Below, piece after piece: positions 51,067-64,000 of a stretch of 64,000 nucleotides of DNA. A program made the translations under genes and the position numbers. The DNA lies in the NCBI GenBank assembly GCA_964187785.1, contig OZ076409.1, forward strand, positions 82,090,001 to 82,154,000, in the 5' to 3' direction. Every line of letters starts with the position of its first letter. The first letter of the stretch is position 1. The notes beneath the pieces were generated by a model that saw nothing but the letters and a program-made list of their open reading frames with translations, ran no database searches and was not told the origin of the DNA. This DNA comes from Amphiscolops sp. MND2022. Lineage: Eukaryota.

Positions 51067-53913
51067 TCGCAAATACCTATTTTGCTTGTCCACTGAATAA
51101 TTTTGAGGACTTTTGTCTCGTTTTAAAGGAAAATGAGTTTTCGACTCGACCTACTTTTATGTTGTATTGTTTGCTAGAACTTTTTCTTGGACGAAAATAG
51201 GCAACGTTCAAATGAAATCTCTCTTGGAGTCGGAATATTCAACAATCAACGTGTAATGTTAAAGCATCTCGTTAACCTCGAGCTTTGCAAATTACAATTT
51301 TGGGGACTGCTTGCTAAAAGGGTTCTTTCCCAACTCAAAGGAATGAACTGAAAAATTTTCAAAAAGTTACACAGTGCTCAATAACATCCACAAGGGCGAG
51401 CCTTTGCCCTTTTGTATTTTGCAAAAATGCACCGACTAAGATTTTTTTCTGTGGAGAAATTTACTTCTCTGAACCCATAAAATTCAAGTTCCATAAATGA
51501 AAATCCAAAGTTGCATACACTGAGTGGAGTTCAGATTTTGAAGAATGATTAATGGAAGCTTTCGTGAAAATCGATATCGAATATCGATTGATGCTTCCTA
51601 CATTACCCTACGCTCAGGGGTTTGCTAAGAAATAATTAATCACCCTCACCAGGTGTTTTCGAACTTTCAAATGCATGAAACCCTCCTTCAGACTTTCCTT
51701 GAAAAAAGCGAAATGCGCTTCTATTCTTCTCTTTTCAGTATCCCAGATTTGAAATGAAAAGAAACTTGGTTAAATATGGTGTGAGTTTAGAAATAGAAGT
51801 TGGTGTTGAATATGAATTTTTAATATCCATCCATCTAAAACCTTCTAATGCCGAGTTCGCCTTTCCCCAATATATTCAATATTATGTATTATTATCACAG
51901 TTTTTTAACGAGTTCTTAGTTTTTAGCACCAGTCCTCAAAACTACAAAGTTTGATATAAAACAACGTAAGAGGGGAATCTTCTCTGTGCATGTTTCGCTT
52001 TTCAAGGTTAGAACTGAGAACTTCTTTTAATTCAAAAAAAGTTTCAACCAATTTCTCTAAATGAAATGCGAAAAATTTCGTAGCATATAAACTTATCAGT
52101 TTCTTCGAGGTTTGTTCGGATCACTTAAGAAATCGAACCAGCAATAATGGAGTTGTGTTCTGAATATTTTCAAATTCTTATAACAGAAGTAAAATGCATA
52201 GAACCTCTGTTACTTCTTAAGTCTTTTATTACAATTTCTGGTTCACGAAGATTCAACCCAAGTTTTCAAAATGTGTTGTTGAGCTATTTCCAGGGAAATA
52301 ATTTATATTTACTGTTTAAAACGATGGAACGAAACTTGACACTTCATTTTAATTTCCTGTTTTCGAACCATGTTTCCTGAAACGTGTTCAGAAGATAATC
52401 CGGTGGCAATAATGTAGAATTACCAAGTCAAAACAGGCATTAGATTTTCAAAATTTCAATGAATTTGAGCATTTCTTGGTTTTGCATCGAAGGTTCTGGT
52501 ACGTGTAAATGGAGCAATAATAGGTGGTCTTTGAAACGAGTGGAACTAGGGTATTATCAGAAACATGTACATTTTACTAGCCTATAAAATTGCGTAATTT
52601 AGAGCTTCGAAGGTTTGTTATTTTCGAAAACAAGGTTTTCTTCAGCTCTCATTTTAAGTTGCGATCATTCAAGAAGATTTCAAGCGACAACTTTCTTTGA
52701 GTTTCGCATTTACCAGTTGCTGGCTCCTGTACTCTACTGCGGTAACTATAAAGACCTTTGGAAATCGAAATTTAGTCGCATTAACCTCAGCGATTAGACG
52801 TTTTTCGCTTCCGTTCGGTATCAGTTTTAACAATAAAATTGTTTCCTCAGATTTTCATTGTCGAATTTTTCATTATTATTTCCAGATAACGACTGCCGGT
52901 TTATCTCAGTGGAATCAACTAACCATTTCTTGTAAAGTTTTACTTGGCGAGACTACTCCTCGATTTCGATCACTGTGTTGCATTTCGATACTAAAAATTA
53001 ATATGTCAAGGATTTTGTAACTTAATGTTTCATTGAAGTGAACGAGCATTTGGTGAGTACCAAACATTAAAATCTATAACTATTTGTTTTTATGGAGACA
53101 GTAATATGGCAGAGGCATGAAATCTCAAGAGATGCAATGGCGATATGATACTTTCATTTTTTTTTGTAAAACGTCCAGACAAACTGCCAGGAAAGTTTTC
53201 ATTATGCATAGCATGACTTCCAGAAACAAATAGTCTAAACAATTGATAAACACATCGTATCTAACGAAGCATATAATTTCTTCAAAAATTTCAGTTTTGA
53301 AAGCTTTTTATTTTCAAGAAACGTTGAAGTCCGTCACAAATTTATAATTTCTTGTTTTCTGAAGAAACACAAAGTCTTAGTTTTGGCGGAACAATTCTTT
53401 TCCTCCACCGGTTTCGGCCAAAACTTCTGTTTCCAGGAGTACATGGGTTCGAGTCGAGCACTAAACCAAAGTTTTATGATTGCAATGGTAGAAAAAAGAC
53501 CAAAGACATTTTGCTCATTTTCTTTTTGTTTTCTACAACGAATGCATTTTTCCTATGAAAATCATCACGAGACACATCCCGGTAAAATGGATTTCAGTCA
53601 CGCAGCGTAACCTGTTTATTACGTAAAATGAGCGTAAGGCAGTCAAAAGGGTCTACGCTTGGGAAGTGTAGCTGTGACAACACGCGTAACAGAAAATTGT
53701 GTAAACTAGTCGAGGTTCGTAGTTAATGAAAAGTGGAAGATGGTCCAAAAATGTTATGATAACATGGAGCCAAGGGCGAAGAAATGATCGAAATCGAATT
53801 TTATTGATTTGAAGGAGTTTTGAAAAACAAGATGTCACAGTCCGCGCCCGGACTGGATTGTAATTGTAGGAGATTTGGAATACGAAAAGGTCATGGATGT
53901 ACGGCAAGACTAG

Positions 53914-54230
53914 ACAAGCCGGGAACGGCCAAAGTCGGCGCTATATCTAAGGCTCAAAATTGTAAAAAAGGGGACCCTTCAGGCTTTGGGAAACTACAGC
54001 TGATTGCAAAATAAGAAAAAAAATGAAAGGGAGCCCTTTGGGGAAAATTTTCCCGAAATAATTTTCTTAATGAGAGTTTTTAACAGTGTCACAGTGCCGA
54101 AAAATGTAAAAGGGGGACCCTTTGGGATTATTTGACATCCATTGTGTTGCAAAATGTCGAAACAAACGAAAGGGGACCCTTTGGTGCAATCCAAAAAGTT
54201 TCAAAAAAAGTCGCACAGTGCCGAAAAAAA
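53914..54230 (-). mobile_element. 3' part of a family-1 Helentron-like element
   Basis: ACAAGCCGGGAACGGCCAAAGTCGGCGCTATATCTAAGG. Confidence 0.65.
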
Positions 54231-54234
54231 GGTG

Positions 54235-55231
54235 TTCGTTTCAAGAGAATTAGTCATAAATGCAGAAATTGAAAATCAAAATCAGGTTTATATTCTTCAC
54301 GCTAGCGTCATCTCCGCGTCAAATTTCAAGCGAAATAGAGCAGTAAACCAGTGAAACATTTCCGGTTTGATGAAATGAAGTAATTTCTACTTCTTGCTTG
54401 AGAGAAAATAAAAAGAAGACGGAGTGAAGTGATGTGATCATGTGCAATGAATAATTGCCTATTGATCTTGCCTCCTCTTGAAATTTGACGAAATGTCGAC
54501 GCTAATTAAAATCTAGATAAACTTTACTTGGAAAATAAAGGAAATGACTAAGTGTTCGAAGGGATTGTGGGTGCACCAATGTAATCAAATGGTGCTAGGA
54601 GGGTATATATATTGTACACTTTCTGGATCGATTTAGCGCGAGAATGTCCCGCTACCATGACTTCTGGCTCACTTAAATCTACGTTCTTTACCAAAGTAGG
54701 AGGTACTACAGTTTCATTTATGTTTTCGGTGCTCTCCTGATGATTATTTCTTCTCTTTTGACGTCGAGTTGACATCTTGATGAGAAGGTTTGAGTTTTAG
54801 TGTCTTAAATTGGAATATCAATTTCATGAAGTTTTAGTTTTTTGATGAAAGACAAAGGCTAATTATTCACAATTTACATGNNNNNNNNNNNNNNNNNNNN
54901 NNNNNNNNNNNNNNNNNNNNNNNNNNNNNNNNNNNNNNNNNNNNNNNNNNNNNNNNNNNNNNNNNNNNNNNNNNNNNNNNNNNNNNNNNNNNNNNNNNNN
55001 NNNNNNNNNNNNNNNNNNNNNNNNNNNNNNNNNNNNNNNNNNNNNNNNNNNNNNNNNNNNNNNNNNNNNNNNNNNNNNNNGTCAAAAGAGAAGAAATAAT
55101 CATCAGGAGAGCACCGAAAACATAAATGAAACTGTAGTACCTCCTACTTTGGTAAAGAACGTAGATTTAAGTGAGCCAGAAGTCATGGTAGCGGGACATT
55201 CTCGCGCTAAATCGATCCAGAAAGTGTACAA
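54235..55231. mobile_element. Rearranged fragment of the long-LTR family (TATA region plus MSTRRQKRR ORF start), inverted around an assembly gap
   Basis: 54340-54610 resembles 23030-23310; 54612-54762 is the exact reverse complement of 55081-55231. Confidence 0.65.
54881..55080. other. Assembly gap (200 N)
   Basis: Run of n. Confidence 1.
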
Positions 55232-58205
55232 AGACTGCTGAAAATGTTCGAAAATTTTAATGCCAAAAATTCAAAAATCTTACATGGTGGTTCGTCATTG
55301 GGTTATTCTAGATTGAATTTTAGGCTAATTTTACTTGATAATGTTCCCATTTGAGTTATTTTGAAACCTTATAAGGTGCTCCAGGGTTACTCTTTCAGTT
55401 CATACGTTCCTTCGTTTTTGAAAGATTTCACAACTTTGCTGGACAACCTCAACCTTTTGACTTGAGGTTCCCTATTGTTCTTCTAATTGGTTAAACAACT
55501 TCTAGAATGTCAAATTTTGTCATTCTGAGATAATTTTCAATACAAAATTTCCACTTCTCTAGCGAGGTGTTTCAATTATGAGAAATATTTGAGTTCTTTG
55601 CTGCAATGGCTTTTTTCCGATTGAGTGGGGCCACTTTTCAAAGTTCATTTTTAAGAGCAAGGTAAAATTTTCGAGAAAACTTCTGAATTGGAGTCAAGAA
55701 ATGTCAAAAAGTCCTGAAAACTTTGAAGCGTGATGAGATTTGGTAGTTTTGATTAGATACGAAAAGGAAAGATACCATTCTCAATTTGATCGACACTTGA
55801 GACACTTTTACTCTCGTAGCTCTTTGAACTGAGAGTGCACATAAAAATACTTGTTAAAATCCGAAGCCCATACCATCCAGATTAAATATAGAAAACACGT
55901 ATTCGGAGGAAGCGATTACATGAAAAGTATGAAATTCTTAAATTTTCAATAAGGATCCGCAACTGTAAAAATTCATCCAAAATTTCAGGTTGCTCATCAA
56001 ATACCAGCCATCTGCCAACTAAAAAAAAGCAAACATCAAGGATGAACGTCTTTGAAGTCTTTCAAAATCATATCAAGAGCTCAATTGTTTGCTGTCCAGC
56101 TGAATAATATTGTTCATCGGCAAAACTAAATCGTCCATTAAAGTTTCATTACCTTCATTTGCATTTTCAAAGCGTTTTTCCATATAAGTGGAGCCATTTA
56201 CCCATTGCTGAACCAAACAGATGAAGACCATTACCTGAAGTTGCAACTATTGAGCAGCTTTTTTTCTGATCCTACCATGAGAATGCGCAGAAGAAATTTC
56301 TTGTTACAACTCTCTTGAAGAATTATTTAAAAAGTGTTGGAAGGCAGGGCTGTAAAAAAACGTTTACCGAGGAAAAATATTCCAGAAAAAGTAAACGTTT
56401 CCACCAAATTTATACTGAAAAACGGTCACGTTCAGAAAAGTAGAGAGAATTTTTTTGCTTAATAGATTCTGCTTTCTCAGAATTATATGAATAGAAATCT
56501 ATATTGATTTATCTTTTGACAATTGCCATTGAAAGAGAAAACAGAATTATCATTATTTGATTTTTGGGAATCAATATATTTTTTTGGAAAGTAACCACTT
56601 TTCAAAAACTGGACGTTTATCAGAAAGACTTTGGTTTTAATAATTCAGCAGTTTTTCTTCAAATCATATTTTACAACTCTGATTCCATAACAGATTGATC
56701 CGTAGCTTTGGATTACCACAACGTGAATTACAACAAAAAGTTCTGTTTATAACTCGATAATAATGCGTGAGTCGGATAAAGACGTTTTTGGCTGGCGCTT
56801 TGGCATGCATTAGTGTGGTCCTGTCTGATATTGAGAATATATCTTAATTGAATACCGAAGCGCTAAGTAGATGTTAACCGAATTGTACTCAATTGGACCA
56901 TGTTTGGTCAACAGGCGCTTAAAAACTTATCTTTTTGTAGAAAAAAGTTGTTGAAAGCTACGAAGGTTTTTACAGCAACAACAAAATCTAATTATTTTCA
57001 TACCCCCTGTGTTCATATAGACTTTTACCTTGGCAGTGAAAAATCACAGAGTAGAGTGGAATTTTGAAAAAAAAAGTCGCAATGTGCTGAAAAAACTGTA
57101 AGGAGACTGATTTTGATTGCGATATAGATACGCGGCAGAAACTGAAAAAAATCTATTTCACAAAAAAAATCAGTCATTCAGAAACAGATATTGAAAAAAA
57201 TATGTCACTTTGAAAGTTGGAGGTTTCTAGAAAGTAGTTTGACGACTTCGAAAGTTGGAAGCGCTCGATTTGCTACATAATATCTGATCAAATACAGATT
57301 CGCTTTCAAGTTTCTTTTTGAGTTTACAAAGCAATGCTTATCGAAAAAGTAATTTAGGGATCGAATTTAGGTGTAAAATCAATTTTTCAAGCCCTTTCTT
57401 GGAAATTGTTAAATTTTGCACACCCACAATAGCTAGCCAATTTGGAGGTAATCGAACCTTTTTTGAAAATGGGTCTAGAATGAAATCTTTTTTTTTAAAA
57501 TAATTTTTCAGTGTTTTCGTGGATATGAAAACCCAGAGTTAAACGACGAAGCAATTGGCTACTTAAAATAAATTGAAATGGAAAAATCTAAGTTTCTGTA
57601 GAAAAGAGCCAAAAAAGCAATATTGTTCAAAAAAAGCGTCAAAAAGTGCTTTTGTTGGAAATGTTGAAGGCTTTCCAGAGTCTAAATTGTTGTCTTTTAG
57701 TTTGATAGCTGGTTGGTCTGAAAAGTTCTGGTCCTCGGGCTTTTGTTTTTTTTTCCATTTTCATCAGATTTTCTTGAGCGTTCTTATTTTCAGCGCGGTT
57801 CTTCTGAAAAATTTCAACTTTTCTGTTCAATTTTATTTAAACTACTGCCAGTAAAAAACCAATGCGACCATTTTGTTTCACAGATATTGCACGTGACTGG
57901 AAAACAGGAGTGCATGGGATCAAATCTAGTGCAGATCTGTCTTTTTTGTATGCAAAATTAGTTGAGATTAAACAGCGACACTGTTTCCATTGAGGTTTTG
58001 GGCAATGTGCAGCTTGCTTGTGATACATTTATAATGCATTTTATCCGAACTCGTAGAGTATTATACGCCTTTGATTGAATAGGCCTTTGATTTTCTATTT
58101 TGTGTTTTTGTCTAATTCATCGATTTTTCATAGTAACCAAAAATGTTACCGTTTACCGATATAACGTTTTTCACAAAAAACTGCGTTGCATCCGAATGTC
58201 TGACG

Positions 58206-58780
58206 TTTTTTAGTCGGCGCTTCATGAAGTGAAACGCGACTATTATAGTGACTCTTTTTTTTCTATCCACACGAACTGACCAAAATAGTTCTTAAAAGTT
58301 CTACAAAATATTATGGTGTCAAATAGCACCATTTGGCCTAGCGAACTGGACCAAAATGGTTTTACCTGTTTTTCCGCGTAACATATCATACCGGGCGAGA
58401 CCAAAGAGTCCCCCCTTTCAATTTTTTTCGGCACTGCGAGACATTTTTTTTTCGGATTTTTTTTTTCGAATTTTTTTTCCTCAAAGGGTCCCCCCTGCAT
58501 TTTTTAAATGTTTTGCGACAGAATGGATGTTGGAAAATCCCAAAGGGTTCCTCCTTTCAGTTTTTTTTCGGCATTGTGAGACGTTAGCGCGCCAGGGGCT
58601 CGCGGTAGCGAGCCCCGGCGCGCCACTCGGTCCATTTTTTTAGTATGTAATTTTTTCAAAAAAAAATTTCGAAAAATTTTCGATTTTCGACTACTGTAAA
58701 CGAATACTTGACACTTGGAAGTCTTTTTGCTATTTTTGAGCCTTGGATATAGTGCCGACTTGGGCCGGTCCCGGCTTGTT
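58206..58780 (+). mobile_element. Complete family-1 Helentron/DINE-like element
   Basis: T-run + AGTCGGCGCT (58212) with 5' partial hairpin; AGTGCCGACT (58751) + GCCG/CGGC hairpin + TTGTT. Confidence 0.75.
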
Positions 58781-59102
58781 TACTACCATATGAACAACTT
58801 TTTTTTCCGTTTTGGGAACAGATGTTACATATTTGGGGCTTTTACAAGGTTTTTCCAATGTTTACCAATACTGACGTGTCATGTATCATTTTGAAGCTAG
58901 TGAGACTCTATTTATGATTCAATGACTGAAATTTCAGCAAAGATTCGACGCATTTTGCAATGCCACAGCATCTCCAGCAACGGCGAATCTGGAGAGAAAT
59001 TTCTCCACACGAGAGGTCTCACCTATGGGAAACTAAGGGTCATGAAAAGGGTGGGAAATCAGCGTTTCTGTTCAAAGAATTGAACGAAAACTGAATGTCA
59101 TG

Positions 59103-60008
59103 TTTTTAGTCGGCGCTTTATCCTTTTAAGGAAAAATGCCCGACTATAGCAGTGACCGTTTTTTTTCAGACTACAATCCTCACACTGATCGCTCCACTTT
59201 TTAGAAACAATCCTGAAACCACCTAAGGGGCCCAGCCAAACTTAGTGCAAAGGGTCCCCCCTTTCATTTTTTACTTTTTCAAGGTACCTACAAAACCGGA
59301 CGGGACTAAAAGAGTCTTCCCTTTCGATTTTTTTCGGCACTGTGCGACTTTTTTCGAAAATTTTTTTGTCGCCAAAGGGTCCCCCTTTCATTTTTTACTT
59401 TTTTACCGTAGCCTACAAAACCGTACGAGATTAAAGGGTCCCCCTTCCAGGTTGTCCAAACAATATCTCCCATTTACAGTTTTTCGCCTGATTACAATGG
59501 TTCTTGTTTACTTTTTAAACGTAACCTACAAAACCGGACGGGACTAAAGGTTTTTTTTCGATTTTTTCGACTAAAGCCTTTCGATTTTTTTCGGCACTGC
59601 GACTTTTTCGAAAGTTTTTTTTTGCCTCCAAAGGGTCCCCCTTCAAATTTTTTGATGTTTTGCAGCAAACTGAAGTTTCAAAAAGCCCAAAGGGTCCCCC
59701 TTCTAAGTTTTTCGGCAATATAAGACTGTTTCAAATTTCTCATTTTTCGTTTATTTTCAACAATTTTTTCGAAAACTTCGAAAATTTTCCAATGTCTGCA
59801 AAAGGTCCCCCCTTCAATTTTTAAACATTGTGCAACAAACTGGATTTTCAAGAAGCCCCAATGGACCCCCTTTTACAATTTTCGGCTTTGTGAGATTTTT
59901 CTAAATGATTATTTTTTGTCCTAAAAATGTTTTTTTTTCAGCTCTTAAAAACTTTGCGCTGTTTGAGCCTTAGATATAGCGCCGACTTTAGACGTTCCCG
60001 TCTTGTTG
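59103..60008 (+). mobile_element. Complete family-1 Helentron/DINE-like element (variant)
   Basis: AGTCGGCGCT (59108) / AGCGCCGACT (59978); 3' hairpin AGACG-TTCC-CGTCT. Confidence 0.75.
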
Positions 60009-60524
60009 TTAATTTATACTTAATAATATACTTTATAATTCAATACTACTTGCTTTCGAACCTTTGTTTTGTTACCTAATTACTTTAAGCCATACCTTTT
60101 CTGATATGCTCTATATTAAGATAACAAGACAGGAAGTCATGATTACAAGTCGGCGACCCGCCTAAGACACAAAAATCGTTAAGTTTCTCAATTTTACTCA
60201 GGGTTCCTTTTTGAGTAAAATCTATCAATTATTGGAGCACTAAACAAGTGGCAATTAGATGGTACTAAGCTACTTTATAGATTTGTGTCAGTTTGCTGGT
60301 CTTCAAAGTCCATAATGCAGTCATATCACTATATTTTTCAGCTTCCACCTTCTCCTCTTTAGTGAAACCCTTTAATCAGATACAACGTCAAATGTTCATA
60401 AGTCATATAGCGTGCTGGGACAAATTGGAGAGCTTTTTCGAACATCCGCATCCTCCTTAGTAAAACAAAATATAATTCGGATATAACGTCAGAAAATTGG
60501 ATATAGCGTATTATTTTCGATTAT

Positions 60525-61830
60525 TGTCGTAATGATGATCGCTATCCTGAGTCCGCTGAACCCTCTCGGTCCACGCAACCACAATTGCGTAGTCTAAAAT
60601 CAGTTTGAGAACGATTATCTTGAGTATTCCTGCTATAACAAACGTCGGGGCTCCTGTGTAGCCCACTCGACTGGTGGTCCAACTTGGTGTTCAATCCCGG
60701 GTTTTGACCTGTAAGGGCAACTCGGATACTGGGCAGGACTTTCTCTGCAATTGCTGAGCTAATTACCTCCAGAATCTGGGAGTTCAAGTCCTTCTTGATT
60801 TCATCTAGTTGCCTTGTAACCCGACTGGTAATTTCATTATTAGTCATCCTAGCGGTTTCTATAGTGATCTCATTGGTTTCTCTACTTTTGTCTCTAAATT
60901 TAATAGAATGTGGTGTTTAACAAGGATTTGAAGTCTTCGGTCTTCTGAATAACGTTTCTTGTAGTGTATTGGATTCGAAGTGTCCTTCACTTTCTTTCTC
61001 AGCTAGTTGACTATTTATCTCCTTTCTACAAAAGCTACCAAGCATTATATCATTATTTTCCAAGTCAGACATCACGTCTGACTGCCTAGAGCGCTTCTCT
61101 TTGGCCATTTGCTTCCTCATTGAAGGCAATAGTATAAATATTCTTGAACTTTAATACTGATTTGGCTAATAGCTAAACCAATTGTCAATATTCGAATATT
61201 AGGTAACAAATTGAACGGCAAGTATATGATAGCTTCGCAAAGAGTATCAATATTTAGCAAGTTGATGTCGGTTGGTTCTCAAAGAGTGTATCCCCAGATT
61301 CCGGGGCTTAACTAAATATGGGAAAAGCATCCCAGTTTCACTCATGACACTAGAAGTCTCTTGGCAGTCTCCTGAACTATTTCAAGTTCACTACAAATAG
61401 CAGTTACATGTGAGAAAACGTGGCAGTGTTTACATTCAGCCAGTAGTCCGCAATTGTATAGCAGGCTTAATTGCAATTGGTTAAAATGATAAAGGACTAA
61501 GCGTCGAGCTAGCTAGAGTACTAGCTTACTTAAAAGCGTTTCCTTCAATCACATTAGTTTGGTTGCTTCACTTTACATTATTAACATTTGCATTGTGATT
61601 CTACAGTTAATATTACTGGTTTGCATCAACATGAAAGCAAATCACATGACTAATACATTGTATCACGTAACTGTTTATGTAAATTGTAAGTAACGGTATT
61701 GCGCATATTAAGATTGTTTTATAGTCCGCTGGACGGAGGGTCTCTATAAAGGGAGTATTCCCCGGGGCATCGGAAAATTGGTGAGGTCCTCAGGGGTTAT
61801 CTGATAACTGTTGTCATCGCTGGTGCAGCT
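60525..61830 (-). mobile_element. LTR-like fragment of a further family with a decayed gag-like N-terminal ORF (61129-60542); upstream boundary approximate
   Basis: Minus strand ends ...ATTACGACA at 60525; basic start MPSMRKQ...KRSRQ and a coiled-coil segment, the same layout as the other long LTRs. Confidence 0.45.
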
Positions 61831-63907
61831 TGCGAAACTCAACCACCTCTTCAATCAAACGCATCTTACTACTTTGGATATAACGTTCGGATATAGCGTG
61901 CTGGGTCACCGAGAAAACGTTCTTATCGCAATGCTTAAAAATGTGAAACGGGAACCATTTAGTTTTTTAACAGCCAATTTGTTGCAAAATTTCAAACAAA
62001 TGGAAAAATGACCCCTTGGGGACATTTTAAAAGTTTTCAAAAAAGTCGAAAGGCGGCACCCTTTAGTCTCGTAAGGTTTCTTATGTTACGTTCAAAAAGG
62101 AAATTGAAAAGGGCCCTTGCACATACCTTGATGCGTATCAGAAGTATTAGTTTAGAGTTTAGTTGATCAAACTGAACAAAAATTTTGTCGCTTTCGCACC
62201 TGTCTTTCAGAAAAAAAGAAAAAAAATGAGTGACTGTATTTCCAAAATTGTTTTTTTGCCTATTTATATTAGGTTTTGAACAGACGAAAAAGACTAATTC
62301 TAAAACGTGTTTTCCAAACTAGTTTGGCGTTTATGCAAGAACTATTCAATTTTTCTCTTTTCGTCATAAACGGTACTACCATTTTTGTCTCCTTCTCACA
62401 AAATCACGCTAAATCAATAATTAGGAAAAGGACATTTTCGGATGTGCGTGACATTGTACGAAACCATTTGCTTCTTACTAGAGTTCCGCTGCTTCGGTTT
62501 TTTAATTTTTTCAGTTTAGAAAACGCCTTTTTCAATCTATACGGTCACACTTTTGAGTAAATTTGGCACTGCGCGACTTCTTGCGAACTTCATTTTTTTC
62601 GGAAAAAACACACGGATACAAGATTTCGTGAGATTTTTAGTTACGGTAAGATTTTTTTCATCCACGAAAAATAATCACAGTGCCGCTGCGCCTCTTTTAT
62701 TGTTTATTCTTAGCTATGTTTCATCAAATATATTAACATACAAGAGTACGCTGATGCCATTGAATTAGTTCCAATGGCTTAAAGTTTTTACCAAGTAGAA
62801 ACAAAAAGTGCAAAAAACGGTTTTGAACATTGAAAATACTCCATTGGGATTTATCATCACGGCAAACACTGCGTTGTGGAAAACTGAATTAATCTGTTAG
62901 ACGTTAAACTTGGATTGCATCTTTTTTTTTAGAAAAATCCTCATAAAATACAAATGCCAATTCGAAAAATACAAACAACTACGATCAAATTAAATTCTTT
63001 GACAAATGAAAAGCTAGTTGTTGAGGACCATGTGATTATACTGCTATTGAAAAACAAAATTGAGAGTCTTTATTGCTTTTTCAAGATAATGCCATGATAA
63101 AAATAGGGCAACCGCTTTCAAGGTCATAGATAATGACTTGTCCATTGGGAAAAGCTGTATGGTAATTAGATAGAAATGAAAGGAAAGTGGCGCGGAATTC
63201 CGATCACATACTTTGATAAATTCCAGTCACCAAAGTTCCAAGCTTTTAAGCCCACTGTTATATAACTAATTGAAATTGATGTTTGAGGTTTTAATGCACT
63301 GCATGGCTTTTCCAATCATAAACAGCGTCGGAGTTTGTTTGCTTCCGCACTTTTAAAGGCATTTTCCGGCCAGTCATTTCGAGATAAATTTTTCATTGAT
63401 CAAGACGCAAATTGATCATTGAATTTCATAAATAACTTTGCAACTGCATATATTATTTCTCATAGATTTCGTTAGCAAAATACATGACATCGAATTAAGA
63501 TGTTTGTGGGCTAGTATAATCCCTTATTGACATAATTTTGTCCTAATTTGATCCTTGTTCCCAGCCGAGTCATCCGTTCCAATGATTAACTCATAAAGAT
63601 CAAAGCAAACGCTGTGACAAAGTGAAGGTTATGAAAATTTTCGTTTTCAACTCAACTCAAATGTAGTTTCTCTGATTCGCTATCTTGGCTAGTTGCACCA
63701 GCACTGGCTGTAAGATGGTGCAGTTTTCCAGAGGAAACATTCAACAAAATACTACACATGCTAAGCACAGGTACATACAATTAAACGGTCAAAAAAATTG
63801 AAAATTAATGCACATAACAAATTGATGTAACATCTTGTTTTTTTGTTGGCGTAAACTCATTGAAAGAGGACTAAAGATAGTATAGAAGTAGATTATAGCA
63901 AAAGAAG

Positions 63908-64000
63908 AACAAAACGGGAACGTCTGAAGTCGGCGCTATATCTAAGGCTCGAAAAGCGCAGATTCGAAATATACGTGGGACGTTTTCATGAAAAACTCCT
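63908..64000 (-). mobile_element. 3' end of another family-1 Helentron-like element (continues beyond the window)
   Basis: AACAAAACGGGAACGTCTGAAGTCGGCGCTATATCTAAGG. Confidence 0.65.

Noticed and set aside
54867..55103. ORFs of X residues
   Set aside because: Artefacts of the N gap.
51400..57900. Short ORFs and possible decayed transposase or Polinton remnants
   Set aside because: No recognisable motifs; consistent with random ORFs in AT-rich DNA.

Overview
This is AT-rich, repeat-dense eukaryotic (probably invertebrate animal) genomic DNA with spliceosomal introns and one assembly gap (54881-55080). The main feature is the 3' half of an unusually complex Ty3/Gypsy-like LTR retrotransposon (1-9494). 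Between its pol C-terminus and a 2.35-kb 3' LTR it carries a 7-exon, fully in-frame antisense gene (~1109 aa, BED-like zinc finger, apparently derived from a hAT transposase but lacking the catalytic motifs). It also carries a divergently oriented sense accessory ORF that runs across the PPT into U3, and the LTR itself encodes the start of a gag-like ORF. Related solo or partial LTRs occur at 21483-23816, 26127-27353 and ~54.2-55.2 kb. Host-derived sequences are a 3.5-kb tandem duplication of a PHYHD1-like dioxygenase gene, three SF3B1 exon fragments and an exon of a membrane protein. The rest is a defective Gypsy element with a TSD, pogo and Tc1 remnants, CCCAG-ended MITEs with 2-bp TSDs, and two Helentron/DINE-like non-autonomous families carrying tRNA-like modules. 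All homology calls were made by eye, without database searches.
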